Assembly: GCA_030390025.1 (NCBI GenBank)
Contig: CM059440.1
Span: 21,328,001 to 21,392,000, forward strand
From: Squalus acanthias
Lineage: Eukaryota
Length of the DNA stretch: 64,000 nucleotides
Reading direction: 5' to 3'
Part shown: in pieces, positions 1 to 13,500 of the stretch
How the letters are laid out: the number at the start of each line of letters is the position of its first letter
How positions within the stretch are numbered: the stretch's first letter is position 1
Translations under genes and position numbers: made by a program
Notes under the pieces: generated by a model
The model's input: only the letters and a program-made list of their open reading frames with translations
What the model was told of the DNA's origin: nothing
The model's database searches: none

Positions 1-354
1 CTATCTAAACTTCGAGAGTTACAGAAAACAGAATGAAAGACTCACCTTGCCCTCAATGGATGTGCAAACTTCATTTCCCTTATATTATAATTGAGAAGCC
101 CAGGTGAAAGGGCGAGGCCCACAGTGCAACACTCACCAAGGCGGACAGTGGGAGAGAAGACCAGGGAAAGGCAGCGCGCCAGTTTCTAAACAATCTCAGA
201 CAAGTCCTCGACCAGCAGCTTTAGTCACATTCCTCAGCATACTAACAGACGATTTGTTTTCAATCACCTTAACCCCATGCCCCCTCCTCTAGGCTGTCAT
301 ACTGATGGCAAAAGGTGACTCTGCTATAATTACAGCTACTAAGAAATCAAAGGC

Positions 355-396
355 TTTATTTGGGGCCTCGTTACACTAATTCCAATACAATTTATT
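355..396 (-). terminator. Candidate CLCN6 polyadenylation signals (AATAAA at 360-355 and 396-391)
   Basis: Two TTTATT hexamers on the + strand about 1.1 kb past the stop codon. Usage cannot be verified from sequence. Confidence 0.3.
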
Positions 397-1447
397 TCAG
401 ACCTGCCATTGATTGTTCTCTTGAATGTGATCAGAGATCAACTATATTCTTTACTGTAGTGGTGTCATGCAATACATTATTTGCACTGATTGGGGGAGCT
501 GTACATCCCAAGTTATAACCGAAACCATGTTTCCATGGAGATCACAGCAAGGGTATCACTGCAAGGCTCAGACAGAACTGTAGTGGTTACTAATGGCAAC
601 AAAAACTCCTCCCACCAGGAGTGTCTGCCGTTCTGAAACAGAACAAACCGCCAATGCTGGAAATACACAGTAGGTCCTTCAGCAGACAGGTCACTGTTTG
701 GGGTGAAGATCCTATCGTTGCTCCTTTCAGTTGGGGACTACGTATTTCCAGCATTTTCTGTCTGTACCTTTCAAACCAAAACCCCAGGTTTGTGCCCATG
801 AACAGATTAACCTGCTGAACTGCAATATCCAGTGATTCTGTCTGCAGATTTAGTGTTTGAACAAAACGCCAAAGAAACAAAAGAACAATAGTGTCAGACT
901 GTTACCTATTTCTCAACGACTCGGTTAGTGAGTTCCTCTGATTTTGCCTTGTTAGTGCTTTCATGTTTTGTGCCTTTTCCAGACCTGTCCTTTTGATACT
1001 GATCTGACCGACCATGAGCGCTGTGCAAAGTCAACCAACTGCAAAACTCAGTAAAATGTTCGAATGACTTCACTCACTGCAAAACCCTCGGACTGCTGGA
1101 GGCCCAACTGCAGTAGCTTATCTAATATAAAAGGAACCGCTCCCTTTCACTGCTGCCCTGTCTCACATGAATACAGACATACAAACACCGCAGTTAGTTC
1201 CACAATTAACAAAATCAGCCACCGACTACTTTAAACAGGGGCGAGCAGTGCTGCGAATTATAGACTAACGTCAGGGGCCGAGGTCCTTCAGTGGCTGTCG
1301 CTTGTTAATTCGGCGCCAGTTTGGCAGGTGGAAGAGGAGTGGGACTGGCACCAAGGAATGTCCTGCCTTTTTAGATGGCCCCTGAAAATCAAAGTCATCG
1401 CAGTGCAGGGCAGAAGGTTCTGGAATGTTGCACTGTGAGGAAGAGTA

Positions 1448-1528
1448 TCAGATCGTCATGTTGTGCTGCCGCAGTTTCATCAATAGAAAATCGTGGCTCA
1501 AATTATGTCGTGTGATGATTCCAACAAT
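1448..1528 (-). CDS. CLCN6: CLCN6 exon 23 coding part ([26 protein letters not shown])
   Basis: 81 nt ending in TGA at 1450-1448. Confidence 0.96.
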   Translation of the reverse strand: MVGIITRHNLSHDFLLMKLRQHNMTI

Positions 1529-4500
1529 CTAAAGCAAAGGAATAATAAAAATAGATTCAGATGACAGAATTTCATCGAACTCCACAAGCGCACATGCTCA
1601 GCACAGTTCCCGAAGTTCCCTCCCTCCTATTTTTATTTTGTTAAACTTGTCATTGAATCAGAACCATTTCCTTAACTGAAATGGTTTTCATTAACATAGA
1701 AACATAGAAGCATAGAAACTAGGAGCAGGAGTAGGCCATTCGGCCCGTCGAGCCTGCTCCACCATTCAATACGATCATGGCTGATCATCCAAATCCAGTA
1801 CCCTGTCCCTGCTTTCTCACACAGAATCCCCATCGAGCCTGCACCGACACATATCCCACCCTATCCCCGTAACCCCACGTATTTAATTCCCCCTAACATA
1901 TCCCATCCTATCCCTGTAACCCCACATATTTAATCCCCCCCTAACACTAAGGGTCAATTTATCATAGCCAAATCAACCTAACCCGCACGTTTACTGATAT
2001 GAGATCATTAATCACAGGGGAACTCCCATGAGGAGAATCCGATAAAATTCCACCTCAATCCCTGAAGGTAATCAGGTAAAACCCGCATGAAACCGATCAA
2101 TTGCTGCCCTGTCAGTTCCATTTCACAGAAAGGATTCCAGCATCTCCAGCTATCGTGATCCACAGACTATTCGATTATCTGGGTCTGATCCTACCCCAGA
2201 TATTGATGTGAGGACAGAGTAAGAGCCCAGAACCTTGCTGGAGGTTCAGGGTGAGCTGGGTTATACTCTTGAGTAAGGCAGCTAACAGCAAAAAGGAAGT
2301 GGAGCTGAACTGGTAAAAATTAAAATTGCAGTTTGTCCATTTCAAATCCTCCCTGACCTAAAGAAACTCACCGGTGTTGGTACAAATGGATCGCATTAAA
2401 ATCACAGAACTAAGGATCCCTATAATGGAGCCCTCAGGATTTCATTAATAGTGCAATTTAAAATGGTCATTAAACATGTCTGCCTGACTGGCTGTAATAA
2501 ATCATTTCTTTCAACTGCAGCAGCACGTTCAGCATTAATCAGGCTCCGACTCACAATCCAAACTCAAAATATTTGGTAAGAAGTGTGCAAAGCAGACACA
2601 TCAGAATCAGAGATTGCCCATCAATCCCTGGGATCCCACCTGTTCTCATTGTGCATCTGTTTTTACTAATATTTCAGAGAAAGCAGAATAGGAGACAGCT
2701 GCACCTGGGATTTCAGAAAAAGTGGGAAACATTTTCAGGAAAATAACGAATTGGAGAGTGAGCACAGGTCAGTAATAGAAAAAACATGTGCGCTGAACTC
2801 AGTTACAGCCTCCGCTGATCTCCCGCCCACCCTTCCACCCCCGTGCTGATCTCCCGCCCACCCTCCCACCCCTGTGCTGGCCCACCCTCCCACCCCCGTG
2901 CTGATCTCCCACCCCCGTGCTGGCCCACCTTCCCACCCCCGTGCTGATCCACCGCCCACCCCCGTGCTGATCCACTGCCCTGACCCCCCCACCAATCCCA
3001 TGTCCAGTCAGGTGCTTCCCCCGTCCCTAACTCACCTCTCCCACAGCGTTGACCACTGGCAGGTGTCTCAGTCCCATGGTGCGGAACAGGTTGAAGACCT
3101 GAGACACGTGAGTGTTTGGCGAGACGGTGTACGGACAGGGATTCATGTACGGTGTAATATCCTACAGCAGAGACAAGACAACTGGTTCAACTCATGGTAA
3201 CATACCAGACCTTAATCAGGAGACAGCAATTTGCAAAGTAAACCATCATCACCCTCTTTTATATATTAACTAGCCAGGAGCACTACTCACAAACCTGTTG
3301 CCCATACACAGAACACTCCAATAGTCCTGTGTTGACCTTTTAAACAAACATTAGTGTCCACAGTAGCCCAGTGGGTAGCACTCTCACCTCTGAGTCAGAA
3401 GGTTGTGGGTTCAAGTCCCACTCTAGAGACATGAGCACATAATCCAGGCTGACACTCCCAGTGCAGTACTGAGGGAGTGCTGCACTGTCAGAGGTGTGTC
3501 TTGTGGATGAAACGTTAAACCGAGGCCCCGTCTGCCCCCTCAGGTGGATGTAAAAGATCCCACGGCACTATTCGAAAAAGAGCAGGGGAGTTCTCCCCAG
3601 TGTTCTGGGCCAATATTTATTCCCCAACCAACATCACTAAAAACAGATTAGATCATCATCATATTGCTGTTTGTGGGATCTTGCTGTGCACAAATTGGCT
3701 GCCGTGTTTCCTACATTACAACAGTGACTGCACCCCAGCTCCCCATGTGGTGCAGCGAGCGGGTTCCAGCTCCCTGTGCCACAAGGGATCTTACTTAAAG
3801 CTCAGGGTGATGTGTGCATTAACATGCTTGATTTGAGCAGATACTGCATGGGACTGAAGACAGGTAGAGGCCAGTCACAGCACTCGGGCTAACCCCTGCT
3901 CCTGGGTAAGCAGGCCTGGCCAGTCACTGCGTACTGTACCTGACTGACGCTGGACCAGCAAGTTTGAGCCTTGGGGATTAAAGACATGACACCTTCTGTG
4001 ACCATGACCGTGGGGCTTTATCCTTCCTCATCCCGGACATTCCTGCAACGTGCAATGCAGTTTATCGCATCACCTTCCCACATCACCTCTTATCCATCAT
4101 TCTGCCCCATGGGACTGCCAGGGAGCCGCACCCCAACACAGCTGGCATGTAGAGGCAGCCCGAGACTACCAGGGAACCGTACCCAGAGACTGCCACAGAA
4201 CGCACCCCAAGGATCTATCCTTGTCCCCTCTTTTTTGACATGATCTGCAGGATTGGGATCAGCTTTCACACAGATGCTAATTATACCCAGGTCTGCCTTT
4301 CCAGCACTTCATCCAGCTGCCGCGATGCCATCAGACTGCTTGTCTGACATCCACTCTCTGCTTCTCCAGCTCAACATCAGGAAGACTGAAGCCATCGTCT
4401 TTGGCCCCCCCTCCTCTGCCACTGATCCATCCCCTTCCCCAGCCACACACTCAGGCTGAATATGACTATTATCTTGGCATCCTGTTCAACCCCGAGCTGA

Positions 4501-7500
4501 GCTTTAAACACATCCTATCCACCTCTGCAACGCTGCCCCATGCCTTACCTCAGCTCCTCAGTCACTGAAAACCTAATACATGCCTTCATCATCTGCAGTC
4601 TCAACTACCCTAACACGCCCCTTGCTGGCAGTTTCCACCTGAAACGTCAACTCTCTTTCTCTCTCCACGGATGCTGCCTGGCCTGCTGAGTTTTTCCAGC
4701 GTTTTCTGTTGTTATTCCATAAACTACAACTTGTCCAAAATGCTGCAGTCCATATCCTGGAGCTGGAGAAAAGAGAATGGAATTCCTAAACTGTGTTCAG
4801 GACTCCTTCCTGAAACAATACAATAGTCAGCCTACGAGGGTGGAGGTGTTACTAGATCTGGTTATGAACAATTAAATAGATCAGGTAGATGAGCTAAATG
4901 TGGGTGAGCACCTAGGGAAGAGTGACCATTCTATGAGAAGGTCCAAGGTCCAACTAGAAAGGGGAAAAATGTCAATACAAAAACTAGAACACCAGATTGG
5001 ATTAGGGCAGAATTTAGAAAGATGAGGAGTAAGCTAGCTGAGGGGAGGTGGAAAGAGAAATGATCACAAAGGACTGTAGAGCAACAGTGGGATGGTTTTT
5101 GAGAGAGATTGCAAAGGTACAGAATAAGTATATTAATTAAAACAGGAAACTGCTAGTAATTTTAGGATGCCATGGATAGATAGAGAGGTCAGAAACCAAT
5201 TAAAATTGAAGAGGGCCCATGAAATGTCACTTAAAAATCTCTCATTAACCTTTAACACATCTCCAAAAATACCCAGTACATTTACGGAACTGATTGAAAT
5301 TGGGAAACCAAACTATAAGGTCAAGGTCATTAATGCAGAATGGAGTAACGAGAAGGCAAATTAGGAAATAGTGATTAGCTAATGCCACAGGATTTAAAGT
5401 TTCCTCTGCCTATTTTAGTGCAGAAATGTTCCAACAGTTTTTAACGGGTTAAAGGATGACTCCAGTCCCCCCCTGATATGGAAAGGCGGGTGGGTGTATC
5501 CAGTAAGTCACCAGCGACAAGCATACATCAGGCTGCTGCAAGAGTCCAATGCCAGCGTATTATATCCCCAGACACAGTAAAACAAAACCGTCAACCCAGA
5601 GAAAATAAACAGATTGCAGTCAGTCCCAGGGCTGGGCAGCAGATTCATTGCCAGAATCCCAACCTTGGCTGGAGGTACAGAGCACCCCGCCCCCCCACCC
5701 CGCGGCAGGGAAGGAGAGCAAGACTGGGTCAGCGTGTGCCTCTGGGCTGCAATTACTGAGCAGGACTGGCAGACTCGAGGAAAGAGGAGGTTACTCACTT
5801 CCCCCCGCCCCCCCCCGGGTCAGACTGCGTGTTATGGAGGGAGGGGCCGTAGGAGTGAGAGAGAAACTAAATCTAACTCATCAGAAATGGTGCATCCAAT
5901 GAGTGAAGGCCTCAGACACACGTGACTATAAAACAAAACACTCCACTAAAATACTGGGAAACTATTTTAAAGGAACTTAATTCCACAAAGTATTCGATTG
6001 CAGCTTTAATTTAATGCACCCGCTTTGTTCCCAAGGCTATTTAAAATAAAGTTTTATCATTTATTTTTTTGAAGGGTTGGAAAATGTCTTCTTTGTTCTG
6101 TCAGTGAGCAAGAGTTGAACCTCATAACCCAAGTCCTGAAAATCCCAGATAAACCCCACAGGAGGACCACCAACAGCCAGATACCCGAATGTTTTTATTT
6201 CTCTGCTTCTAATGAGTTTCAATACACTGTACACTTTACACAAACCCAAATTAAAGCAGCTTTGGGTGGAATATGCTTCATTTGTTTTTCGCATTTCTCA
6301 GCCAGAGGGTTTAGTATTTTATTGCACGATGATGATACACAGATTAATCCTTAAACTATGTGCCAAAGTACAATAAGGTATCAATCTCTGATTGAGCAAC
6401 GTGAGGAATGAAGCACGGGCCAGCTCTGTCCGACTCCAGCTACAGTAACATTTGGCTTTGGAAGGCGTTTTCATGCAGGAAAGCTGCTTCAGTATCAGGG
6501 CAAGATTGGACTTACCCCACAAATCGCAATGTCCTGATTAAATAGGGACTGCGCGGGAGAGCCCATTTTCATTAATTAGTGTACTGCACAGTGCCTAGGA
6601 GACAGCAGTTTCTCAGCTCGTTTACAATCATATTAACAATGGTATTGCTGCTCCATCATGCACATATTGTTACTTAATGGATTAAAAGCTACAGAATCGC
6701 ATTATTTCCAAGTTTACTGCCAGTGACAACAAATTAAAGCAGGTCTCTATTAAATCAAATTCACTTCTGCTTTCTACCCTGGTCCAGATGACAATTACTT
6801 TTTCCTAATTAATCAACAACTTCCTTTTATACAGCGCCTTTGACATAGTAAAACATCCCAAGGCACTTCACAGGAGCGTTATCAAACAAAAATTAACACT
6901 GAGCCAAAGGAGGAGGTATTTAGGCGGGAGACTATAAGCTTGGTCAAAGAGGTAGGTTTTAATGAGTGTCTTAAAGGAGGAGGGAAAAGTGGAGGGGGTT
7001 TAAGGAGGGAATTCCAGAGCTTAGGCCTAAATGGCTGAAGGCACGGCTGCCAACAATGGGACGAAGGAAGTAGGGGATGCGCAAGAAGCCAGAGTTGGAG
7101 GGACGCCGAGTTCCTGGAGGGTTGTAGGGCTGGAGGAAGTTGCAGTGATATGGAGGGACGTGATGAGGGAGCAAGACTTGGTGCAAGTTAGAATGCGGGC
7201 AGCAGAGTTTTGGTTGAGCTCAAGTTTATGGAGAGTGAAGATGGGAGGCCGGCCAGCAGCACATTGGAATAGTTAAGTCTGGAGGTAACAAAAGCATGGA
7301 TGAGGGTTTCAGCAGCAGATGGGCTGAGGCAGTGGCAGAGATGGGTGATGTTACGGAGGTGAAAGTAGGAGGTCTTGGTGAAGAGGAGGATATGGCATCA
7401 ACAGCTCAGCTCAGGGTCACACAGGACGCCAAGATTGCAAACAGTCTGGTTCAGCTTCAGGCAGTGGCCAGGGAGAGGGATTGAGTCGGTGGCGAGGGAA

Positions 7501-10500
7501 TGGGTTTGGACAATGGCTTCAGTCTTCCCAATATTTAATTGGAGGAAATTTCTGTTCATCCAATACTGGATGTCGGACAAGCAGTGACACAAATCAGAGA
7601 CAGTGGAGGGGTCGAGAGAGGTGGTGGTGGTGAGGTTGTGTCGTCAGCGGACATGTGGAACCTGACATCGTGTTTTTGGAGGATGTCGCCGCGGGGCAGC
7701 TGTAGATGAGAAACAGGAGGGGGGGGAGGGGGGGCGGTCAAGGATAGATCCTTGAGCAGTCTCACCCAGCTAGACGATGGAGGAGCGGTGTTGGAGGACG
7801 ATGGTGTGGTCAACCGTGTCGAAGGCTGCGGACAGGTGGAGAAGGATGAGGAGGGATAGTTTACCACGGTCACAGTCACAGAAGATGACTTTGATAAGGG
7901 CCGTTTCAGTGCTGTGACAGAGGTGGAAACCTGATTGGAGAGGTTCAGACATGGAGTTGCAGGAAAGTTGGGTACAGATTTGGGAGGCGTCAACCCGTTC
8001 AAGGACTCTGGAAGGGAAAGGGAGGTTGAGATCGGGCGGTAGTTTTAAAGGACAAAGGGATCAAGGGTGAGTTTTTTGAGGAGGGGGGTGATTTGAAGGC
8101 GAGGGGAACAGTACCTGATGAGGAAACTTATCAGCTAACATGGGGTGCAGGAAGGAAAGTTGGATGGTCAGCAGTTTAGTGGGAACAGGGTCGAGGGAGC
8201 AGGAAGTGGGTCTCATGGACAAGATGAGTTTGGAGAGGGCACGAGGGGAGACAGGAGAGAAACGAGAGAAGGATGCTGGTTCAGGGCTAGGGCGGCGGGG
8301 TGGGGGGTGGGAGAACCTTAGAGGAAGGTTGGCTTGGTGGTCTGGGGAAGGGAGGGAAGTGGCAGAGGCGTCTGAACAGAAGGTCTCAATCTCAGTGACA
8401 AAGTCATCCATGAGCTCCTCGCACTTATTGTTGGAGGTGAGGGTGGAGGGGGCCAGGGAAGAGGGGTTTAAGGAGATGGTTGGTGTTGGAGAAGATAACC
8501 TTTGCAATCCAGGATGATTTTGGAATAGTGAGCAGTTTAGGCAGAGGAGAGCAGGAACGGATATGTGGTTCAGCCAGATCTGGCAATGAATGGCTAAATC
8601 AGTTTTACGCTATAAACGTACAAGAAAGAGAGCAAATAAACGAGCTATAGTGTGAGCGAATTTAGCAAAGTGCAAAGCCTGCAGGAGTAGCCAATGTTTG
8701 GTACGAAGCAGCCACTTTGGGCTCATGTTCAGCTGCTAGATTAAGGCTCTAATGCCCCCCAATGGCCAATAACAGAATCTCGTGTAAACCAACAGCAATA
8801 ACAGGACTGGTAATGGGGGGGGAAATCGACCACCTTCAACAACGCAAAACTGCACCTGCTGCTCCGCACAAGCCAGGCCCCCCCCATGTTACATAAATGT
8901 TGCCAGCGTCAGACCAAGCTCTCTGTGCACTGCGACACAAAACCAATCGACCAGGTCACGAGCAGCTGTTGGTCCCCACTCCACTTACACCCGCGGCCCC
9001 AACAAACACTTACCACAATCATACGCGGGTTGAGGAGGGTCAGATCGAGGTCATGAATGTCAGGGTATCGCGGATAATCTTCGGTCATCTCCGAGTAGGA
9101 CAGCCGTGGTTGAGTCGAACTCTGAAACAGTGAGAGCGAGACTTAAGTGACGAGCAGTCCAGTAGCTTCCACAGTAAAAGAGAAATGACCAACACAAGAT
9201 AATTACGGAGGAGAGGGGCTATTCGGCCCATCTTAGGTCATTCATCCAGAATGACCCCAATGTCTGCCCATTGCTGCATCTAATTGTTTCTCAAACGAAC
9301 CCAGGGTTTTCCCTCCCCCACACTGCCCGGGAGTCCATTCTGTGCGAAGAACGTCCTAAATCTTCCTGTTACTAGTTTGAGGCTGTGTCTCCTTGTCTTA
9401 TTCTCTATTTAATTTGAAGCGATACTCCACATTTACTTATTCCATGCCGTTTACTATCTTGGATCTCTCCCAGATGCCTCCCTCAAAGGCTCAAAATACA
9501 AAGTTTCTCCTCATAACTCAGACCTGTGACCCTGGGGATCAGCTCCACGGCTCTTGTCTGCACGCCCCCCAGCGCTTCAACGTCTCCCTTGCATCTCGGT
9601 GATCAGAATTAAACACGAGGTGATCTGACCAGAGCCTTGTACAGTCTGATCAGGACTCCTTTGGACATACTCAGTGTTGGCTACATAGTTCAACATTCTT
9701 TTGGCTTTACTGATTGCTGCTCTCCATTGGCTGGACACGTTCAGTCTACTAAGACTCTTAAGTCTTTCAACTTCATCTTTGGCTATTTCAGTACCATTCA
9801 TGGAGCGTGTCCTCCTTCAGATCTGTATTTTTCCTCAACATTATTCCTTTAAAGATGTTACGCTTGTCTTCTACTGATGTGCTGCTGAACAACCTCCCCC
9901 AATTAATATACTTTGTTGTTCCCTCATGCTTTTTTGGAATTAACCCTTTTAAAGTTATATACCTGGCTCCTGGTCCTTGGCTTCTGAATCCCAGATAATG
10001 TTGAATTTGACTATCCTGTGGTCGTTGTTCCCCAAGGATGTCACGACCTCCATTTTCTGTCTTTTGTCTGAGTCATTCACGAGTACCAGGTCAAGATCAG
10101 CTGCCTCTCCTGGCTCCCTGACACATGGATCATGAAGCAGTCATGCATTATATTTACCAACTCTCAACTATTTGGGTTTTATCAAAATATATGTGCCCAA
10201 TTGAAGTTGCCCATTAAAATAACTCTCCTCTTCTCTCAAACCCTTATCTTTCCTCAGGACAAATCATCACCCTTTCTATTTGGCCCTGGTTACCTAGGGT
10301 TAAGCTTGGAGTTTTGTACAGTAGCAACATCTAACAAGAGTAGTTCATTGCGTAGCTTTTTACCTTCTACAGGATCAACTTCACTTACCTCCCAGGAGTC
10401 CCTGATGTATCGGGCTGCACCACCTCCTTTTCTGAAGACACTCCAGCCAATTACATTCAATACCATACTTTGGATTTAGCCATGTTTCTGATACTCACAC

Positions 10501-13500
10501 TACCATCGTAGCTCCACAATGCAACAAATGTCACCAAGTGCATAATTTTATTTCGAATGCTTTTACCATTCATGGATTTAGCCATGTTTCTGATACTCAC
10601 ACTACCATCGTAGCTCCACAATGCAACAAATGTCACCAAGTGCATAATTTTATTTCGAATGCTTTTACCATTCATGCATAAATATCTTACTGCAAATCTG
10701 CCTCTTTATGGCCCCGCCTGGCTGTCTTTGCTGGTAGCCAGCTTATGTCTGTCTCTGCACCCTCCTGTTGCCGATCTTCCCTATGAACAGTGCTATCTGG
10801 GATCCAATTACCTATCTGCCCACACGCCATCTATCTAGTTTAAAGGATTTTTGATTGCTGTCTCAATGCTACTCGCAAGTCTCTTTGCTCCCACTTGGTT
10901 TAGCTGTGGTAGATCCCTCAAACACCAGTTCTCACAGGTGCACTGCCAGTCACTTGTTTCTATCCTCAATTCTCCTGGTGAATTCACCTCGTATCCCAAA
11001 CAACGGGAATATACCGGAAAATATTACTTTGTATTCCCTATCTCTGTTACCCATCGCCAGCCACCCCGTTACCCGTCGCCAGCCCTCCAGTTACCCGTCA
11101 GCCCCCCGCCCCAGTTACCCGTTGCCAACCCCCAGTTAACTTCACAGGGTTCCTTACTGTTCTTGCAACTTTTACCAACCTTTTTCCATCCAGTAACTCC
11201 AATTCCTTACGTATAATTGTTCCTGGGAACCTGCCCATTTGCCCCAATCTCCAGCTATGATCTGATTCACTCGAGGTTTATTGCAAGCCCGATCGGTTCA
11301 CTAAGCTGTGCCAACTCAGCTACTGACTTCAGTACATCCACCCGCTCTTGATAATCCCGCCACTTGTATTCTTGTACCTTCAGCTTTTTCCACTGACAAT
11401 TTCTTTGTCTTTTAACTTTCTTGTTGTACCACAGAGTTGAACCTTTATTCAATCCTTATACCAATCTCTCCAGATTTTCTGCAAACATTATTCAAGTCAG
11501 TCAATCACTCAGACCAATGTTCCCTCTTTAACGGGGATCGTGACAGGGGAATTCTGTGGGTGCTCATCGTGTTGAGCATAAAAAGCTCACAAAATGATTA
11601 GGGCCGTCTCAATACAATTCCAAATGAATGCTCTGTATCTAACCCGTGCTGTACCTGACCTGGGAGTGTTTGACATCTGACACTGGGAGGTGTTCCATTG
11701 CCCAGAAAAATATTCTTCACTTTGATAAGCACAAAAATTCACCATGAATAATAAAATGCATATGCTGGACTTTAAGAAATAAAGAGAAAGGCAAAGTTTT
11801 TTTCAGACACTTACTGAATGGGTCTCAGAGTAGCTAACCCCACGCACAAGCAATGTAACCAGCTGCGATCTCAGAATGAGGCCATGAAAGGTTAAAGGTC
11901 GGAAGCGCTCCTCCATTGTCCATTCTTCACTGGGAGACTGGTCGGGATAAAGGTTTGGGTAGGGGGCATGTCTGTACAAACAGGAGGGAAGTCAGTAACT
12001 GAGTGAGCACACGCATACAACAGTGAATAGGACAGTAACAAACAACCTAAATATGTGCGCGCTTGGATATGAATGTGAACAAGATGACGGTTAAAGGCGT
12101 CTTAATGTACACATGTAAATATCAAGCTTTCAGTCAGATAAATCTCAAACACCAGTGGAGCTCCATTACTCCAAAGCACTTTCCTGCATCACACATACAT
12201 CTTCCACAAATCCTCATACAGCCCAGGTTGTGAACGCTTTCTTCAATCCACTACTACAGAAATTAAATAACATTTCTTCAAAAACAATTTTAAAATTATT
12301 TTATTTGCAGTGAAATTGGCCTAGGCTCCGCCTTAAACATCCCGGGACTAGCAGATAGTTCATCAGGCCACTTGGCACTGAAGTAATTTTGGCATCACGC
12401 AGGATGAAGGTGAAAGAGAACGTGATGCTCACCCAGCATTTCTCACTTACATCGTCACCCAGTGTTACAGCACCCAGCGTCACAGCAACAGCCGACCCCT
12501 CAACGTCACAGTAACAGCCGACCCCCCAAGTGTCACAGTAACAGCCGACCCCCCCAACGTCACAGTAACAGCCGACCCCCCACAACGTCACAGTAACAGC
12601 CGACCCCCCCAACGTCACAGTAACAGCCGACCCCAACGTCACAGTAACAGCCGACCCCCCCAACGTCACAGTAACAGCCGACCCCCCCAACGTCACAGTA
12701 ACAGCCGACCCCCCCCCCACGTCACAGTAGACCCCCCCAGCGTCACAGTAACAGCCGACCCCCCCAACGTCACAGTAACAGCCGACCCCCCCAACGTCAC
12801 AGTAACAGCCGACCCCCCCAACATCACAGTAACAGCCGACCCCCAGCAACAGCCAACCCCCCAGCGTCACAGTAACAGCCGACCCCCCCCCCCCAATGTC
12901 ACAGTAACGGCCGACCCCCCAGCAACAGCCAACCCCCCCAACGTCACAGTAACAGCCGACCCCCCAGCAACAGCCGCCACCGCCAGCCCAGAGCTGCTCT
13001 ATTTGCTGCACTTTCAGAGGAGAGACCCTAACACCGTAAGGTTGAGGCTGTTTAGGTTTTGCTGGTTACTATAATAGGTCTGAGTGTCAGAGGTACAGAC
13101 CCCCCACTCTCTATCAATAGGTTAGATTAAAGTTACATGTTCCTCCTGCATGATTCCCTGGAATGGGGAGAGGGCAGGGAGATGATTAGATTTGTTCTCC
13201 CGCTGTTCAGTCTCTTACAGACGTGCAGGCACGGCACAGCCCATGGAAGCACATTCCCCGAATGTCACTGGCTCCCTGAGGACACGCTCCTCACTCACTC
13301 CCTGCACTAAATGAGCTGTAGTATCTGGAGCTGCTGAGTCACCAAAACAGCCCACCGGCCGGCACCTCACCGGACAACGTGTTTAAATAACCTGCAGCTC
13401 GCTGACTGGGTGAAGCAGAGAGACTGACCGCTCGCACACCGACCTGCGCTCCAGCATCTGTTGCAACATGTCCTCTCCGTCCTCAGCAACCTCAGTGTTC

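Noticed and set aside
3358-3430. tRNA-like sequence (also near 33540 and 60460)
   Set aside because: These are SINE heads followed by SINE body and tail, with no intact cloverleaf.
12301-13011. 236-aa Cys/Gly-rich ORF resembling a keratin-associated or metallothionein-like protein
   Set aside because: It derives entirely from the 27-bp minisatellite, and the peptide motif switches with C-run slippage.
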